Positions 29,138 to 38,496 of a stretch of DNA of 64,000 bases are shown here, piece after piece. The notes beneath the pieces are model-generated. The model was not told where the DNA came from. It did not search any database and saw only the letters and a list, made by a program, of their open reading frames with translations. The stretch is from positions 96,001 to 160,000 of the IMG/VR virus record IMGVR_UViG_3300021979_000004, one strand, 5' to 3'. This DNA is from a virus. Its lineage: Duplodnaviria; Caudoviricetes. Position numbers and translations under genes: made by a program. Positions within the stretch are counted from its first letter, which is position 1. Each line of letters starts with the position of its first letter.

Positions 29138-29165
29138 TTGACATAATTCATTTTGTATGTATTAT
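29138..29165 (+). promoter_or_regulatory. sigma70-like promoter
   Basis: TTGACA-16nt-TATTAT. Confidence 0.55.
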
Positions 29166-29190
29166 CTTTCTTAAAGAATAGGGGAAAATT

Positions 29191-29667
29191 ATGCCCAAAA
29201 TAAGAGAAGACAATAAAGGGAAATATTTTGTTTCCGAAGGTCGAATTGTTAGACCAGTAGAAAATACAAGCTTTGAATCGGATACATCAGTCGATGCGTC
29301 ACAATGTAAAGGCACACCTATCTATGGTGTAGGCAAAGATGATAGTTGTGGACGTGGCGAGTATCTTGAAGCATGGTTTGATACCGGTCTTGAAAGTAGT
29401 GTACATTCATCCTTAGTTGAGGGGAAAATTAACGAAGATGATCCTTTACTAAAGGTAGAAGATGTTCAACGTATGATTTTAGAAGATTATCCAATATCTT
29501 ATGTTGACAACAAGGTATCTTTTGTTACCATCAAGAATAATCATAAAGAAGTCGTTGATAATGGCAATTCCAGTATTGCGAAAGCTCTTAAGGAATCCTT
29601 ATCAAACGAAATGGGAGATATCCCACCATTGAATATTTTTGATGATAACGGTGAAGATAATGTTTAA
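29191..29667 (+). CDS. hypothetical protein
   Basis: 158-aa ORF. Confidence 0.7.
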   Translation: MPKIREDNKGKYFVSEGRIVRPVENTSFESDTSVDASQCKGTPIYGVGKDDSCGRGEYLEAWFDTGLESSVHSSLVEGKINEDDPLLKVEDVQRMILEDYPISYVDNKVSFVTIKNNHKEVVDNGNSSIAKALKESLSNEMGDIPPLNIFDDNGEDNV

Positions 29668-29929
29668 GACTTTGAATGATAAAGACAGATATAGTGAAGT
29701 ACCTGAATTTCTGAAAGACGCAATCCGTAATCTTCTATTCGAAGGCCAATCGGTTGTATATGACTTTGATGCACATTACTCACCCGCAAGGGCACAGAGA
29801 AAAGCGCATATTATTAGTGATGAAAAGCCGGATGGCACAGTAACTATTAAGCGATACATCGTTAATTACGTAACTAACTGTGGTGTAGTCGAAGTATTCA
29901 ATATTACAGAAGATAAAAATACTTGGTGA
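29660..29929 (+). CDS. hypothetical protein
   Basis: Likely start MFKTL at 29660. Confidence 0.6.
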   Translation: MFKTLNDKDRYSEVPEFLKDAIRNLLFEGQSVVYDFDAHYSPARAQRKAHIISDEKPDGTVTIKRYIVNYVTNCGVVEVFNITEDKNTW

Positions 29930-29935
29930 ATTATA

Positions 29936-31291
29936 ATGAAAAATGTTTATGACGCTATTCAAGCAATGGCTTCAACCACTAAAAGAAAAGAAAAAGAATC
30001 AATCCTTGAGGATATTAAAGCATCCTCTCTTAATGACACATTTAAACGTGTAGCCTTTCTTGCACTAGACCCCAGACATAACTTCAACATCGTTGAGTAT
30101 GATCAACAGGAATTCCTTGCAGAAAGCTCTAGTGAATCATGTACGTTGGACGAAGCTCTAGATATTCTTGAAGACAAGATTCTCAATGAAGGTGTTCGTG
30201 GGAATGCTGCAAAAGATTTACTATTTGATTTATCAGGTAAGCTATTACCAGAAGATCAGTACGTTCTAAAATGTATTATTGATAGAACCCTACGTTGTGG
30301 TGTTAGTGATAAGACCGTGAATAAAATTTGGGGTGACTTAATCTATATTCATCCATATCGTCGCTGCTCGTCATTCTCTGAGAAAAATATAAAGAGTATC
30401 AATCTACCTGCCATTTCTCAATTAAAAGAAGATGGTATGTATGTTGATATTGTAGTGCACGATGGCAAAGTGGAATACCGTTCTCGTAGTGGTGGTTACT
30501 TCGCTTGGCATACAGAAGAGAATGATACCCTTCTTAAGTCAAACTGCGAAGGTAATGTTCTTATGGGCGAAGCATTGGTTAAGGACGAAGACGGTAATAT
30601 CATGGAGCGTCAAGCTGGTAATGGTTACTTGAACGGCGATGAGGTTGATCCTAAGCGAATTATCTTTAGTCTATGGGATATCATACCCTATGATGAATGG
30701 CGCAATGGTAAGTCTACACAGCCCTATTCAAAGACATATGATAGACTGCTTGATATAGTACCAAAGCTGAACTATGCGTTTCGTATTGTTGATACACGCA
30801 TTGTTGAAACTGTTGATGATATCATTCAGCATTTTAAATCAAACATTGCTCAAGGTCTTGAAGGTAGTGTTATTAAGAACCTAGATAGTGTTTGGAAAGA
30901 TGGAACCAGTAACGACCAAGTAAAAGTTAAGCTAATCTTCGAGGTGGAACTTGAAGTAGTCTCAGTTTATGAAGGTGAGAAAGGCCGTAAGTATGAAGGT
31001 AAGCTAGGTGGTGTTACTGCGAAAACATCTGATGGACTACTTATGTCCGATGTTGGTGGTGGTTGGAAAGACGCAGAGCGTGAAAAATACTTCAATAATC
31101 CTGAACTGATTGAAGGTAAAATTATTACAGTTAAGGCATGTGATATTTCTAAGAGTGATGACAATGAATACTTTGCTTTAAGTAATCCACGTTTCATAGA
31201 AATACGTAGTGATAAGTCTGAATCTGATTCATTTGAACGTGTCAAAGAACAAAAGCAGGCATCAGTAGAAAGCTTGAATATTATTACATAA
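29936..31291 (+). CDS. ATP-dependent DNA ligase (T4 gp30-like)
   Basis: Motif I QLKEDG; GEAL; EGSVIKN; KVKL; PRFIEIRSDK. Confidence 0.95.
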   Translation: MKNVYDAIQAMASTTKRKEKESILEDIKASSLNDTFKRVAFLALDPRHNFNIVEYDQQEFLAESSSESCTLDEALDILEDKILNEGVRGNAAKDLLFDLSGKLLPEDQYVLKCIIDRTLRCGVSDKTVNKIWGDLIYIHPYRRCSSFSEKNIKSINLPAISQLKEDGMYVDIVVHDGKVEYRSRSGGYFAWHTEENDTLLKSNCEGNVLMGEALVKDEDGNIMERQAGNGYLNGDEVDPKRIIFSLWDIIPYDEWRNGKSTQPYSKTYDRLLDIVPKLNYAFRIVDTRIVETVDDIIQHFKSNIAQGLEGSVIKNLDSVWKDGTSNDQVKVKLIFEVELEVVSVYEGEKGRKYEGKLGGVTAKTSDGLLMSDVGGGWKDAEREKYFNNPELIEGKIITVKACDISKSDDNEYFALSNPRFIEIRSDKSESDSFERVKEQKQASVESLNIIT

Positions 31292-31300
31292 GGAAAATAT

Positions 31301-31633
31301 ATGGATTGGATTACTATTGTCGGTATTATAGCTGCTTCATTTACTATTATTTCAACTGTATATCTAGTCGTTTCTAAGGTTCGCCGCTTTATGAAAGCGG
31401 TGGATACCCGACTTGTTGCACTAGAAGATAGTTTTAAAATAAGAGAAGAGCTTATATTAACCGAAGAAATTGTTGTTCTCAATGAAGATAATAATAGAAC
31501 ATACACATTAAGAGAAGGTACGGTAGTTATAGTTTACAATATCGTAGATGACATTGTAGAGTTTGTAACTAAAGATCGTCTTATAACCGCAAAAGCAAAT
31601 ATTAAAAATTTTAGACAAGAGGAAATAAAATGA
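31301..31633 (+). CDS. single-pass membrane protein
   Basis: N-terminal TM helix. Confidence 0.7.
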   Translation: MDWITIVGIIAASFTIISTVYLVVSKVRRFMKAVDTRLVALEDSFKIREELILTEEIVVLNEDNNRTYTLREGTVVIVYNIVDDIVEFVTKDRLITAKANIKNFRQEEIK

Positions 31634-32175
31634 CTTGTATTGTAGGTGTTGAAGTTGGAAATAAAGTAGTATTAGCTGGTGACATTCAAGGTAGTGGCGG
31701 AAACAATAAAATTGTCCACACGCAACCCAAAGTGTTTAAGAATGGAGAAATGGGTTTTGGTTACACAACCTCATACCGTTTTGGTCAGCTAATCGAACAC
31801 TCAGTTACTAAAGAATTTGTTCCACAAAGTGAAGACATGATTTATCCATGGCTTATCAAAGAGTTTGTGCCACACTGTAAGAAGACTCTACAGGAAGGTG
31901 GTTATGATGGTGGTGGTATGTGTCTAATCGGTGTTAAAGGCCAACTCTGGGAGCTACAAAGTGAGTTTTCCATTCTACGTAGCACTAAAGGATTTAATGC
32001 GGTAGGCAGTGGTTATGAATATGCCCTCGGTGCTATGGACACTATCTTTTCTAAGCGTGATCGTAATCTTATGTCAGTAGAAGAAGTGGTTGCAGTACTG
32101 AAAGATGTAATGGTTACTGTTTCAACGTACTGCCCAACTGTTGGTAGCGATTGCGTAGCAATTGTTGTAGAATAA
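31630..32175 (+). CDS. HslV/proteasome-beta-like Ntn hydrolase
   Basis: N-terminal MTCIVG..AGD; K33-equivalent PKVF; AVGSGYEYALGAM. Confidence 0.8.
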   Translation: MTCIVGVEVGNKVVLAGDIQGSGGNNKIVHTQPKVFKNGEMGFGYTTSYRFGQLIEHSVTKEFVPQSEDMIYPWLIKEFVPHCKKTLQEGGYDGGGMCLIGVKGQLWELQSEFSILRSTKGFNAVGSGYEYALGAMDTIFSKRDRNLMSVEEVVAVLKDVMVTVSTYCPTVGSDCVAIVVE

Positions 32176-32177
32176 TA

Positions 32178-32202
32178 AAATAGGACTCAATGAGTCCTAT
32201 TT
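32178..32202. terminator. terminator between convergent genes
   Basis: AAATAGGACTCA-A-TGAGTCCTATTT. Confidence 0.7.
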
Positions 32203-32823
32203 CTTTTCTGGTTTATTGTATTCTCCAAGTAACGCATTCCTATCAAATACTTCACTTGTATCGTCTTCGTCGTCTCCCGACTCATCATAACCATCATTTG
32301 AACCATAACCTATATCTTTTGTTTTAGGTTTATTCATATCGTAGTCTTGCTTTTCTTTTCTAAGTTGAAGCTTAGCCATTTCTATTTCACGATCCATAGC
32401 AGAATTTTTAGCATTAAGTGCAATATCTAGAAGCTTAGTAGCACTGGCTAGATACTTTGAACCAGCATTTGCTTCCATAGTCATTGCCACGGTCATAATT
32501 TCGTCAAACTTATTCATTGCGGTTTGGTGAATATTATCAACATCGGTGTGGTATTTCTTAAGACTCTTAAGTTGACGCTTCTGCTCTTCCAGTTCATCTA
32601 GCTTTCTTTGTGTTTCAGCTATTTGTTTTTTAAGAGCTTCAGGGTTTTCTATTTCATCCTCATCCCAATCAGAGTTTTCTATCTCAGCAAGATAATCTTT
32701 CATATCATCTAACTCTTCAGTTTCATCTTTAGAGTTTTCGATATTCTCATTACTGAATTCTTTATTGATATCATCTATTGAAGGAAGGTTGAACGTTTCT
32801 TCCAACGGAGTTTTATTTGACAT
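32197..32823 (-). CDS. helical protein, possible small terminase subunit
   Basis: Acidic N-terminus, long coiled coil and C-terminal VFDRNALL; next to the head completion gene. Confidence 0.4.
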   Translation of the reverse strand: MSNKTPLEETFNLPSIDDINKEFSNENIENSKDETEELDDMKDYLAEIENSDWDEDEIENPEALKKQIAETQRKLDELEEQKRQLKSLKKYHTDVDNIHQTAMNKFDEIMTVAMTMEANAGSKYLASATKLLDIALNAKNSAMDREIEMAKLQLRKEKQDYDMNKPKTKDIGYGSNDGYDESGDDEDDTSEVFDRNALLGEYNKPEKK

Positions 32824-32830
32824 GTTTCAC

Positions 32831-33313
32831 CTATCGTCTTCTTTGTTTCGGACGGTTCTTTTTAATACCTTTACTATATTTAGTATTGCGATATATGTCT
32901 GCTTCTGTGATTATACGAAACTTGATACCACGTTTTTTACAAAATATTTTGGCAGCTTCCCATTTAGCCTGATTGATAACAAATGCTTCTTTGTCTTTTT
33001 TACTTCTAGCATACTTAGGGTTTGCCTGTTCCATCGGTTTAACTTCTACTATCTCAGTGAATTTTCTACCACGAGCATCCATATAAATTATAAAGAAGTC
33101 AGGAACATAGTTTGAAATCTTCTTAGTAAAAGGATGGCGATATTTTATTGATAATGACTCTGATGCCCAAAATACAACGTTAGGATGTTGGTCGCACATT
33201 TCGCACATTTTGAGTTCCCAACTAGAACGGTATGTTATTTTGTTTATATTATCGCCAATATATTTTTCTTTGTTCTGAGGGTAGAATCTACCCTTGTGCC
33301 ATTTATTAGCCAA
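32831..33313 (-). CDS. head completion nuclease (T4 gp4-like, TnsA-type PD-(D/E)xK)
   Basis: YRSSWE, WASE, YVPDF, EVKP, NQAKWEAA; TTG start. Confidence 0.9.
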   Translation of the reverse strand: MANKWHKGRFYPQNKEKYIGDNINKITYRSSWELKMCEMCDQHPNVVFWASESLSIKYRHPFTKKISNYVPDFFIIYMDARGRKFTEIVEVKPMEQANPKYARSKKDKEAFVINQAKWEAAKIFCKKRGIKFRIITEADIYRNTKYSKGIKKNRPKQRRR

Positions 33314-33584
33314 TTATGGACCTCCGAATAAATTTATTCGGTATCATCTGTTTGCGTCTCTTAGTTACAAAAGACGTATTTGGTCTGTTCTCGTTTATTA
33401 CATCAACCATTTCTTTTGTAATCTTTTCGCCATCGATACCTTTTTCAAGAAACTCAATAGCATTAAGACCATTTTTATTACAATAGTTTATGACCGCAAC
33501 AACTCGACTATCAATGTCATATGAATTGAACCCTTGCTTAAGAAGAATTCCTTTTATTTGATCATGATATTTTTTGTTTTCCAT
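33306..33584 (-). CDS. hypothetical protein
   Basis: 92-aa ORF within the late operon. Confidence 0.7.
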   Translation of the reverse strand: MENKKYHDQIKGILLKQGFNSYDIDSRVVAVINYCNKNGLNAIEFLEKGIDGEKITKEMVDVINENRPNTSFVTKRRKQMIPNKFIRRSIIG

Positions 33585-34798
33585 TAGAATAAACCTCCCA
33601 AGAATCCACCGACACCACCAGCAGCGCCTGTGGCTACGTTTACGCCCTGTTCTGCAACCGCACGTTCTAGTGGGTTATCAGAGTTCAAAGAGTCTTCAGC
33701 GACTTCGATAGCCTCTATCTCGGCCAATCTAATCATGCTTTGTGCAGCAGCATTGTCTAGATCAATGTCACGTCCTCCATCAACAGGTCTAGCTCCCGGT
33801 TTCAATTCATCAGCGTTTGCATATGGGTTTGAAACATCAGTATCTTGAAGACCACGGCTTAAGTTATTTAAAACTTTTTCTGCTTGGTTTAAGAAGTCGT
33901 CATATGTCATGTTTATATTAGTCATGTCAATGTGTTCATATTCTATATTACAGGTTGCATTTAACTGTTCATCATTTTCATAACTTAGTTCATCGTAAAC
34001 AAATGATTTAATCATTGGGTTTACTACTCGTATTTTCTTAGCACCATCTGCCCAGAAAAAGTATATAGATATAGCGTTAATAAACTGCTTTTCATCACGG
34101 TCACTGTTATGACCAAAATGATAATTTGTTTCAGATACTTCAAAATCATTGTAGTAATATGACATGTACTCTTTATATAAGTCCATGATACTAATTTTAT
34201 CGTCATCTTCTTTATAGTTTCTATATATGTCACCAAACCTACACGTTATTGGTGTATATATTATTCTACGTGGTACGTTACGGTGATGATTATATTGGTT
34301 TACTTTTTCCAACTCTATTTCAGCACTAGGAAATGTCATATTTTTTAGCAAGTAAGATGTACTTCTTGGGTACTTAGAACCAAGCCGTTTGCTATTAGGA
34401 ACAATGGCCGTATTGAATTCAAAGTCCACAAGAAATAAGCTTTTAGTCATTGGATGACTAGTATTATACTTATATTGTGCGTCTTGAACTACTGTGTTGA
34501 AAAATTCGTCATTACCATAAGAATATGAATCTAAGAACTTTTTCTCTTCACGCAAGGAAGCTACGTTGCCGTTGTATTGCGGCGGAACAATCTGTTCGCC
34601 CGTTCCTAGAAACGAATCGACAATACTGTTTACACCGGATAGACCAACCGCAACCAAGGCATTTTCTCTCGCACCGTCCGCACGACGTGTTGCTTGATCA
34701 GCAGCACCCTTGGCGATACCACCAAATATGTTACCACCTCTCTCTGATACTCTGGATAGAAAGTCACGATTGCCATCGTCTTGTTGAAAATATGCCAT
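33584..34798 (-). CDS. tail-tube-fold / baseplate-tube junction protein
   Basis: LLKNMTFPS..NQYN..YTPITCRFGD..VNPMIKSFVYDELSYE...CNIEYE gp19-like pattern. Confidence 0.6.
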   Translation of the reverse strand: MAYFQQDDGNRDFLSRVSERGGNIFGGIAKGAADQATRRADGARENALVAVGLSGVNSIVDSFLGTGEQIVPPQYNGNVASLREEKKFLDSYSYGNDEFFNTVVQDAQYKYNTSHPMTKSLFLVDFEFNTAIVPNSKRLGSKYPRSTSYLLKNMTFPSAEIELEKVNQYNHHRNVPRRIIYTPITCRFGDIYRNYKEDDDKISIMDLYKEYMSYYYNDFEVSETNYHFGHNSDRDEKQFINAISIYFFWADGAKKIRVVNPMIKSFVYDELSYENDEQLNATCNIEYEHIDMTNINMTYDDFLNQAEKVLNNLSRGLQDTDVSNPYANADELKPGARPVDGGRDIDLDNAAAQSMIRLAEIEAIEVAEDSLNSDNPLERAVAEQGVNVATGAAGGVGGFLGGLF

Positions 34799-34815
34799 CT
34801 AATTCTCCTAAAATA

Positions 34816-35712
34816 TTATGGTAAGTAATCTGTATAAATGCTAGAGTTTGATTCGTCGGAATCATCGTCTGATGAAAAGAAACTAGAAGCACCAGATTTA
34901 ACTTTGTCTAACAGTTGTCCGCCTGCATCTGTAGCACTATCTACAAAACCACCTACGGTATCCCCTATGTCATCAAATAGTCCGCTTTCTTCAGCAGGTC
35001 TACCACCACCGGGGGTATTATTGCCTCGTCTTCCATCGTTACCATCGTCATATGCATATGTTGATGGAAGGATTAAACGTTGTTCTTGAGAAACATCAAA
35101 ATAGTCAAACGCACAGCTTATTGTTAATTTAGCAACACCAGCCCCATCATCATAAGAGTTAGCAACGTTTTCTATGTTATCAATTGTACAACCATAAAAA
35201 GTCCAAGTTTCTAAAGACTTATGGTTGGTACGTCCATCCATTACTTGCATTACACAAGTAAACTTAGTATCTATACCAAGGTATGGAGATTTTTCAAATC
35301 TCTGTGTAATTGGATGGAATTTGTAAGTTTGCTTTTTAGCTTGAGCATATACTTTAGATATTACTGAGTTGGTAATATCGTCACGAATAACCATAGTAAA
35401 GTTTTCATGCTTTAATCGACCGGAGTATTTTGCTCTACCAATAAAGCTGTTGGTTTCTTGTGTTCCAAAATTCAATGTTGGTCTGGTAAAAGATTCGACC
35501 ATGCTGGTAAGAACAGAAGAAGGTAAAACAACATCTTTATCAACATTACTAAGGCCATCTTCATTATTAACCGCAGCAGTTGATCTAAGGTCACCAAAAT
35601 CTAATAAAAATACTCTGAATCTACTATTAAACTTTGGTTGTATTAATGCACCACGCTCATCATCTGTGGTACTTATTGGAACACCATACTTATCTAACTT
35701 ACCAAAGCTCAT
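34816..35712 (-). CDS. tail-tube-fold paralog
   Basis: QPKFNSRFRV, FTRP, RDD, WTFYGC, FDY. Confidence 0.7.
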   Translation of the reverse strand: MSFGKLDKYGVPISTTDDERGALIQPKFNSRFRVFLLDFGDLRSTAAVNNEDGLSNVDKDVVLPSSVLTSMVESFTRPTLNFGTQETNSFIGRAKYSGRLKHENFTMVIRDDITNSVISKVYAQAKKQTYKFHPITQRFEKSPYLGIDTKFTCVMQVMDGRTNHKSLETWTFYGCTIDNIENVANSYDDGAGVAKLTISCAFDYFDVSQEQRLILPSTYAYDDGNDGRRGNNTPGGGRPAEESGLFDDIGDTVGGFVDSATDAGGQLLDKVKSGASSFFSSDDDSDESNSSIYTDYLP

Positions 35713-36473
35713 TATTCGTCTCCATCGCCATCAAAGAATCCTCTTACACTATTCGTAACACTATTTACACCTGAACTAATTGCGTTAGTTGCTTGGTCTG
35801 TAAGTTGTGATAGTGCGCCGGGACCATCGTTTGGAATGATAGATGGTGGTGGCGTTGCCATTGTAGAAGCGTTGCTTGTGACATACCAGAATAATTGTTG
35901 TGCAGATTCAATACCGTTTACTTCAGAGTAGTATCCACCAAGATAGTCATATGAAATAACCAGAGGAATTTCATTAAAAGTACCTTCAGCGTAATTCAAT
36001 GATCCGAAGTCTGCGCTTTCTATAAAGCAACCTTCTAATCTAAAAGCGTCAACGGCTCTTATTTCATTTACACCATCTAGGGTTTCTATAACCATAGTGA
36101 ATTTTGAAGCACCACCACTCACAGCAAAACGTCCTTCATTGAAGTCATATTGCTTTTGAAGTTGTGCAGCAACAGCGCTACTTAGAGTGTTTGCGATATC
36201 GTCTCTAAAAGTAACCGTGATATTTTCAAATTTAGGTTTATTGAAAACTTTTATTGATCCAGCATATGTACCTAGTTCAGTAGATTCAAAGGTTATCTTT
36301 GGTCTACCTACACTTATTACTTGTTGTGTGGAATCAAACGAATAGGAGGCTGATTCCAGCCCCCCAAAGTTTACAAATCTAACTCTAAATTTAAACCTAA
36401 GTTTAGGCTGTATTGTTACATCCCTTGGGCTTAAACCATCCATCGGGATTCCATATTTAGCATATAGTGCCAT
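35712..36473 (-). CDS. tail-tube-fold paralog
   Basis: QPKLRFKFRV, GRP, FRDD, LEGCFI..DFGSLNYA, ISYDY. Confidence 0.75.
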   Translation of the reverse strand: MALYAKYGIPMDGLSPRDVTIQPKLRFKFRVRFVNFGGLESASYSFDSTQQVISVGRPKITFESTELGTYAGSIKVFNKPKFENITVTFRDDIANTLSSAVAAQLQKQYDFNEGRFAVSGGASKFTMVIETLDGVNEIRAVDAFRLEGCFIESADFGSLNYAEGTFNEIPLVISYDYLGGYYSEVNGIESAQQLFWYVTSNASTMATPPPSIIPNDGPGALSQLTDQATNAISSGVNSVTNSVRGFFDGDGDE

Positions 36474-36487
36474 TTATGACCCCTTAA

Positions 36488-37159
36488 TTATACAGCAGAG
36501 TTATTACCATCAACCGCGTCTTGGAATTCGAAGCTCTCAAGTGCTGTAGAGTTAGTGTAGCTAACGTCTTGACTTGAACCCATTGCATTAGTAATGTGGA
36601 ACACGTTGTCTGGACGTAGTGTTAGTGCTATCTGTACAGGCTCACTTGTAGCATAGTTTAGTGAACCCCACTCTACGTTTGTTAGCCAGCAGCCAGTAAT
36701 GAACCATGCTTCGATAATCTCAGCACCAGAACCACCACCTTGAGGCCAATCGGCATCGCCGTTTGAACCGTTAAGCATCATGATTTTAGTGTTAAATTTA
36801 ATTGCACCAGCACTTGGAGCATGACTTTGATGAAATGCGTTGTGCTGACGATCAAGCTGTGCTTGGATTAGACCACTCACAGTATTATTAGCATCGTTAC
36901 GTAGGTTTACGTTGAATGTACCTAGAGTATGCTTGCCAGCTACATAGTAACGGGAAACATAGCTTTCAATTGGTACTGCTTCTTGTTCGAATGTTGGAAT
37001 GGTCACATCGATAACGTTCTTAGTTGCAGCGAACGTATCAGTAACACCACCCATACCGTCAAACTCAATTTTGAAGCGGTATTGTAGTTTTGGTTGAATC
37101 TGGGATTCCATTTGACTGTTGTCGTTAGGAACACCATACTTATCAAATACACTAGCCAT
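36488..37159 (-). CDS. tail tube protein (T4 gp19-like)
   Basis: QPKLQYRF, AGKH, LRND, GCWL..VEWGSLNYATSEPVQIALTLRPD; own late promoter; biased codon usage. Confidence 0.85.
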   Translation of the reverse strand: MASVFDKYGVPNDNSQMESQIQPKLQYRFKIEFDGMGGVTDTFAATKNVIDVTIPTFEQEAVPIESYVSRYYVAGKHTLGTFNVNLRNDANNTVSGLIQAQLDRQHNAFHQSHAPSAGAIKFNTKIMMLNGSNGDADWPQGGGSGAEIIEAWFITGCWLTNVEWGSLNYATSEPVQIALTLRPDNVFHITNAMGSSQDVSYTNSTALESFEFQDAVDGNNSAV

Positions 37160-37195
37160 ATTTAAAATTCTCCATTTTGTAATCTATTATATTGT

Positions 37196-37203
37196 TATTT
37201 ATG
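37196..37203 (-). promoter_or_regulatory. late promoter (CATAAATA)
   Basis: Upstream of the tail tube operon. Confidence 0.7.
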
Positions 37204-37215
37204 CTTGAAAACGTA

Positions 37216-37764
37216 TTATCGATTATTACGAATATCTTCTTCCAAGCGCTGTAATCTGTCTTGCATTCTTTTCAAACTGTAATCAATGTCTTTCTTGTAC
37301 AGTTCATAATCCTGTCTGTTTTGATAAACATCGCTTAAATCTTTGGTTATTTCATTAAGCTGTACGTTTATATTTAAAAGCTTTTGTTGTAGCTCAGCAT
37401 CACCAATGCGCTTATCTGTATCATAGGTGCTTTCTAAATCTTCTATACCAGACTCAAGTTCACGAATATTTTCATAAAGTGTTTTGTTGTTTAAGTCTTG
37501 GTCTGACTTTATGTTTTCATAAAAGGTGACCAATTCATTTTGTGTATTTTCCAAACTGTCTAGCCTTCCATTGACACTAGACCACCATAGCGTACCGACC
37601 ACAATAACCGTAATTATTGCGCCAATAACACTTGTTGCTGTACTAGGAGTGAATACAGCATTCTTATCACCTTCAAACAAGCTTATAAGGCTAGCTCTAG
37701 TGCTTTCGTTGTTCCTCTCGTCTTTTATTTCATCGAGAAGGTCTTTATCTTTGTCGTATGACAT
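37216..37764 (-). CDS. single-pass membrane protein with long coiled coil
   Basis: TM VIGAIITVIVVGTLWW followed by heptads. Confidence 0.7.
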   Translation of the reverse strand: MSYDKDKDLLDEIKDERNNESTRASLISLFEGDKNAVFTPSTATSVIGAIITVIVVGTLWWSSVNGRLDSLENTQNELVTFYENIKSDQDLNNKTLYENIRELESGIEDLESTYDTDKRIGDAELQQKLLNINVQLNEITKDLSDVYQNRQDYELYKKDIDYSLKRMQDRLQRLEEDIRNNR

Positions 37765-37777
37765 GGTTTCCTATGTC

Positions 37778-38458
37778 CTAAATAAATATATCATCCCAAA
37801 TGAAGTCGTTGATGAAATCTTTAATTCTTTCGTCTTCTCCGTTGATTATGTAAAATGAATTACATTTCAACATGATTTCATTACCATTTCGGAATGCTTC
37901 TTTGAAATTGTTTTTTTCGTAATCACCATTTTCTAATATAGCTAATACTATCTCTTTATATTTAGAAGGACTTTCTGCTTTTACATCTTCTAAAAATTTC
38001 TTTACACCTTTGTATGATTCGAGGTCATATCCTTCTGGGATACCAAACTTCTTTTTATATATTTCAGCTTTTTGCATCCATCCCATTTCTAGGAATAAGT
38101 CTGTGTAATTATTACTATTGATTATGCTAAACTTACCTACTGGAAATACGTAATGGATTGAACCATACTTACTTGCCAATCCCCTATTGGTAGTGACGAA
38201 TACAGTATTTGTTCTTGCTGCTACATTAAACTTCTCTTTGAACCACTCGTTAGAAATTTGATGGTCTTCTGCATCCATACTCATTGGCTTAGGACGTTGT
38301 TCTACTTTTATTTTTGTCAACGTGTCATATGGTTGTGCTGATCCTCTTAATAGCGGCCTTTTAATACCATTACGTGCAAGCTCTTTGAGTAATGTCAAAT
38401 AAGGTTTGCATTTATTTAAGAGAATTTCTTCAATCAGGATATCGTCGTCATCGAACAT
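37778..38458 (-). CDS. possible ADP-ribosyltransferase-like protein
   Basis: LLRG...VFVTT..LASKYG..HYVFP pattern; paralog of 5136..5930. Confidence 0.55.
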   Translation of the reverse strand: MFDDDDILIEEILLNKCKPYLTLLKELARNGIKRPLLRGSAQPYDTLTKIKVEQRPKPMSMDAEDHQISNEWFKEKFNVAARTNTVFVTTNRGLASKYGSIHYVFPVGKFSIINSNNYTDLFLEMGWMQKAEIYKKKFGIPEGYDLESYKGVKKFLEDVKAESPSKYKEIVLAILENGDYEKNNFKEAFRNGNEIMLKCNSFYIINGEDERIKDFINDFIWDDIFI

Positions 38459-38468
38459 TATAAGTACC

Positions 38469-38476
38469 TATAAATA
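38469..38476 (+). promoter_or_regulatory. T4-type late promoter
   Basis: TATAAATA upstream of 38497. Confidence 0.75.
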
Positions 38477-38496
38477 GTTGTTAAGGAGATAAATCT

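Noticed and set aside
37216-37764. Holin or spanin call for the TM coiled-coil protein
   Set aside because: No endolysin or lipoprotein partner nearby and no diagnostic motif.
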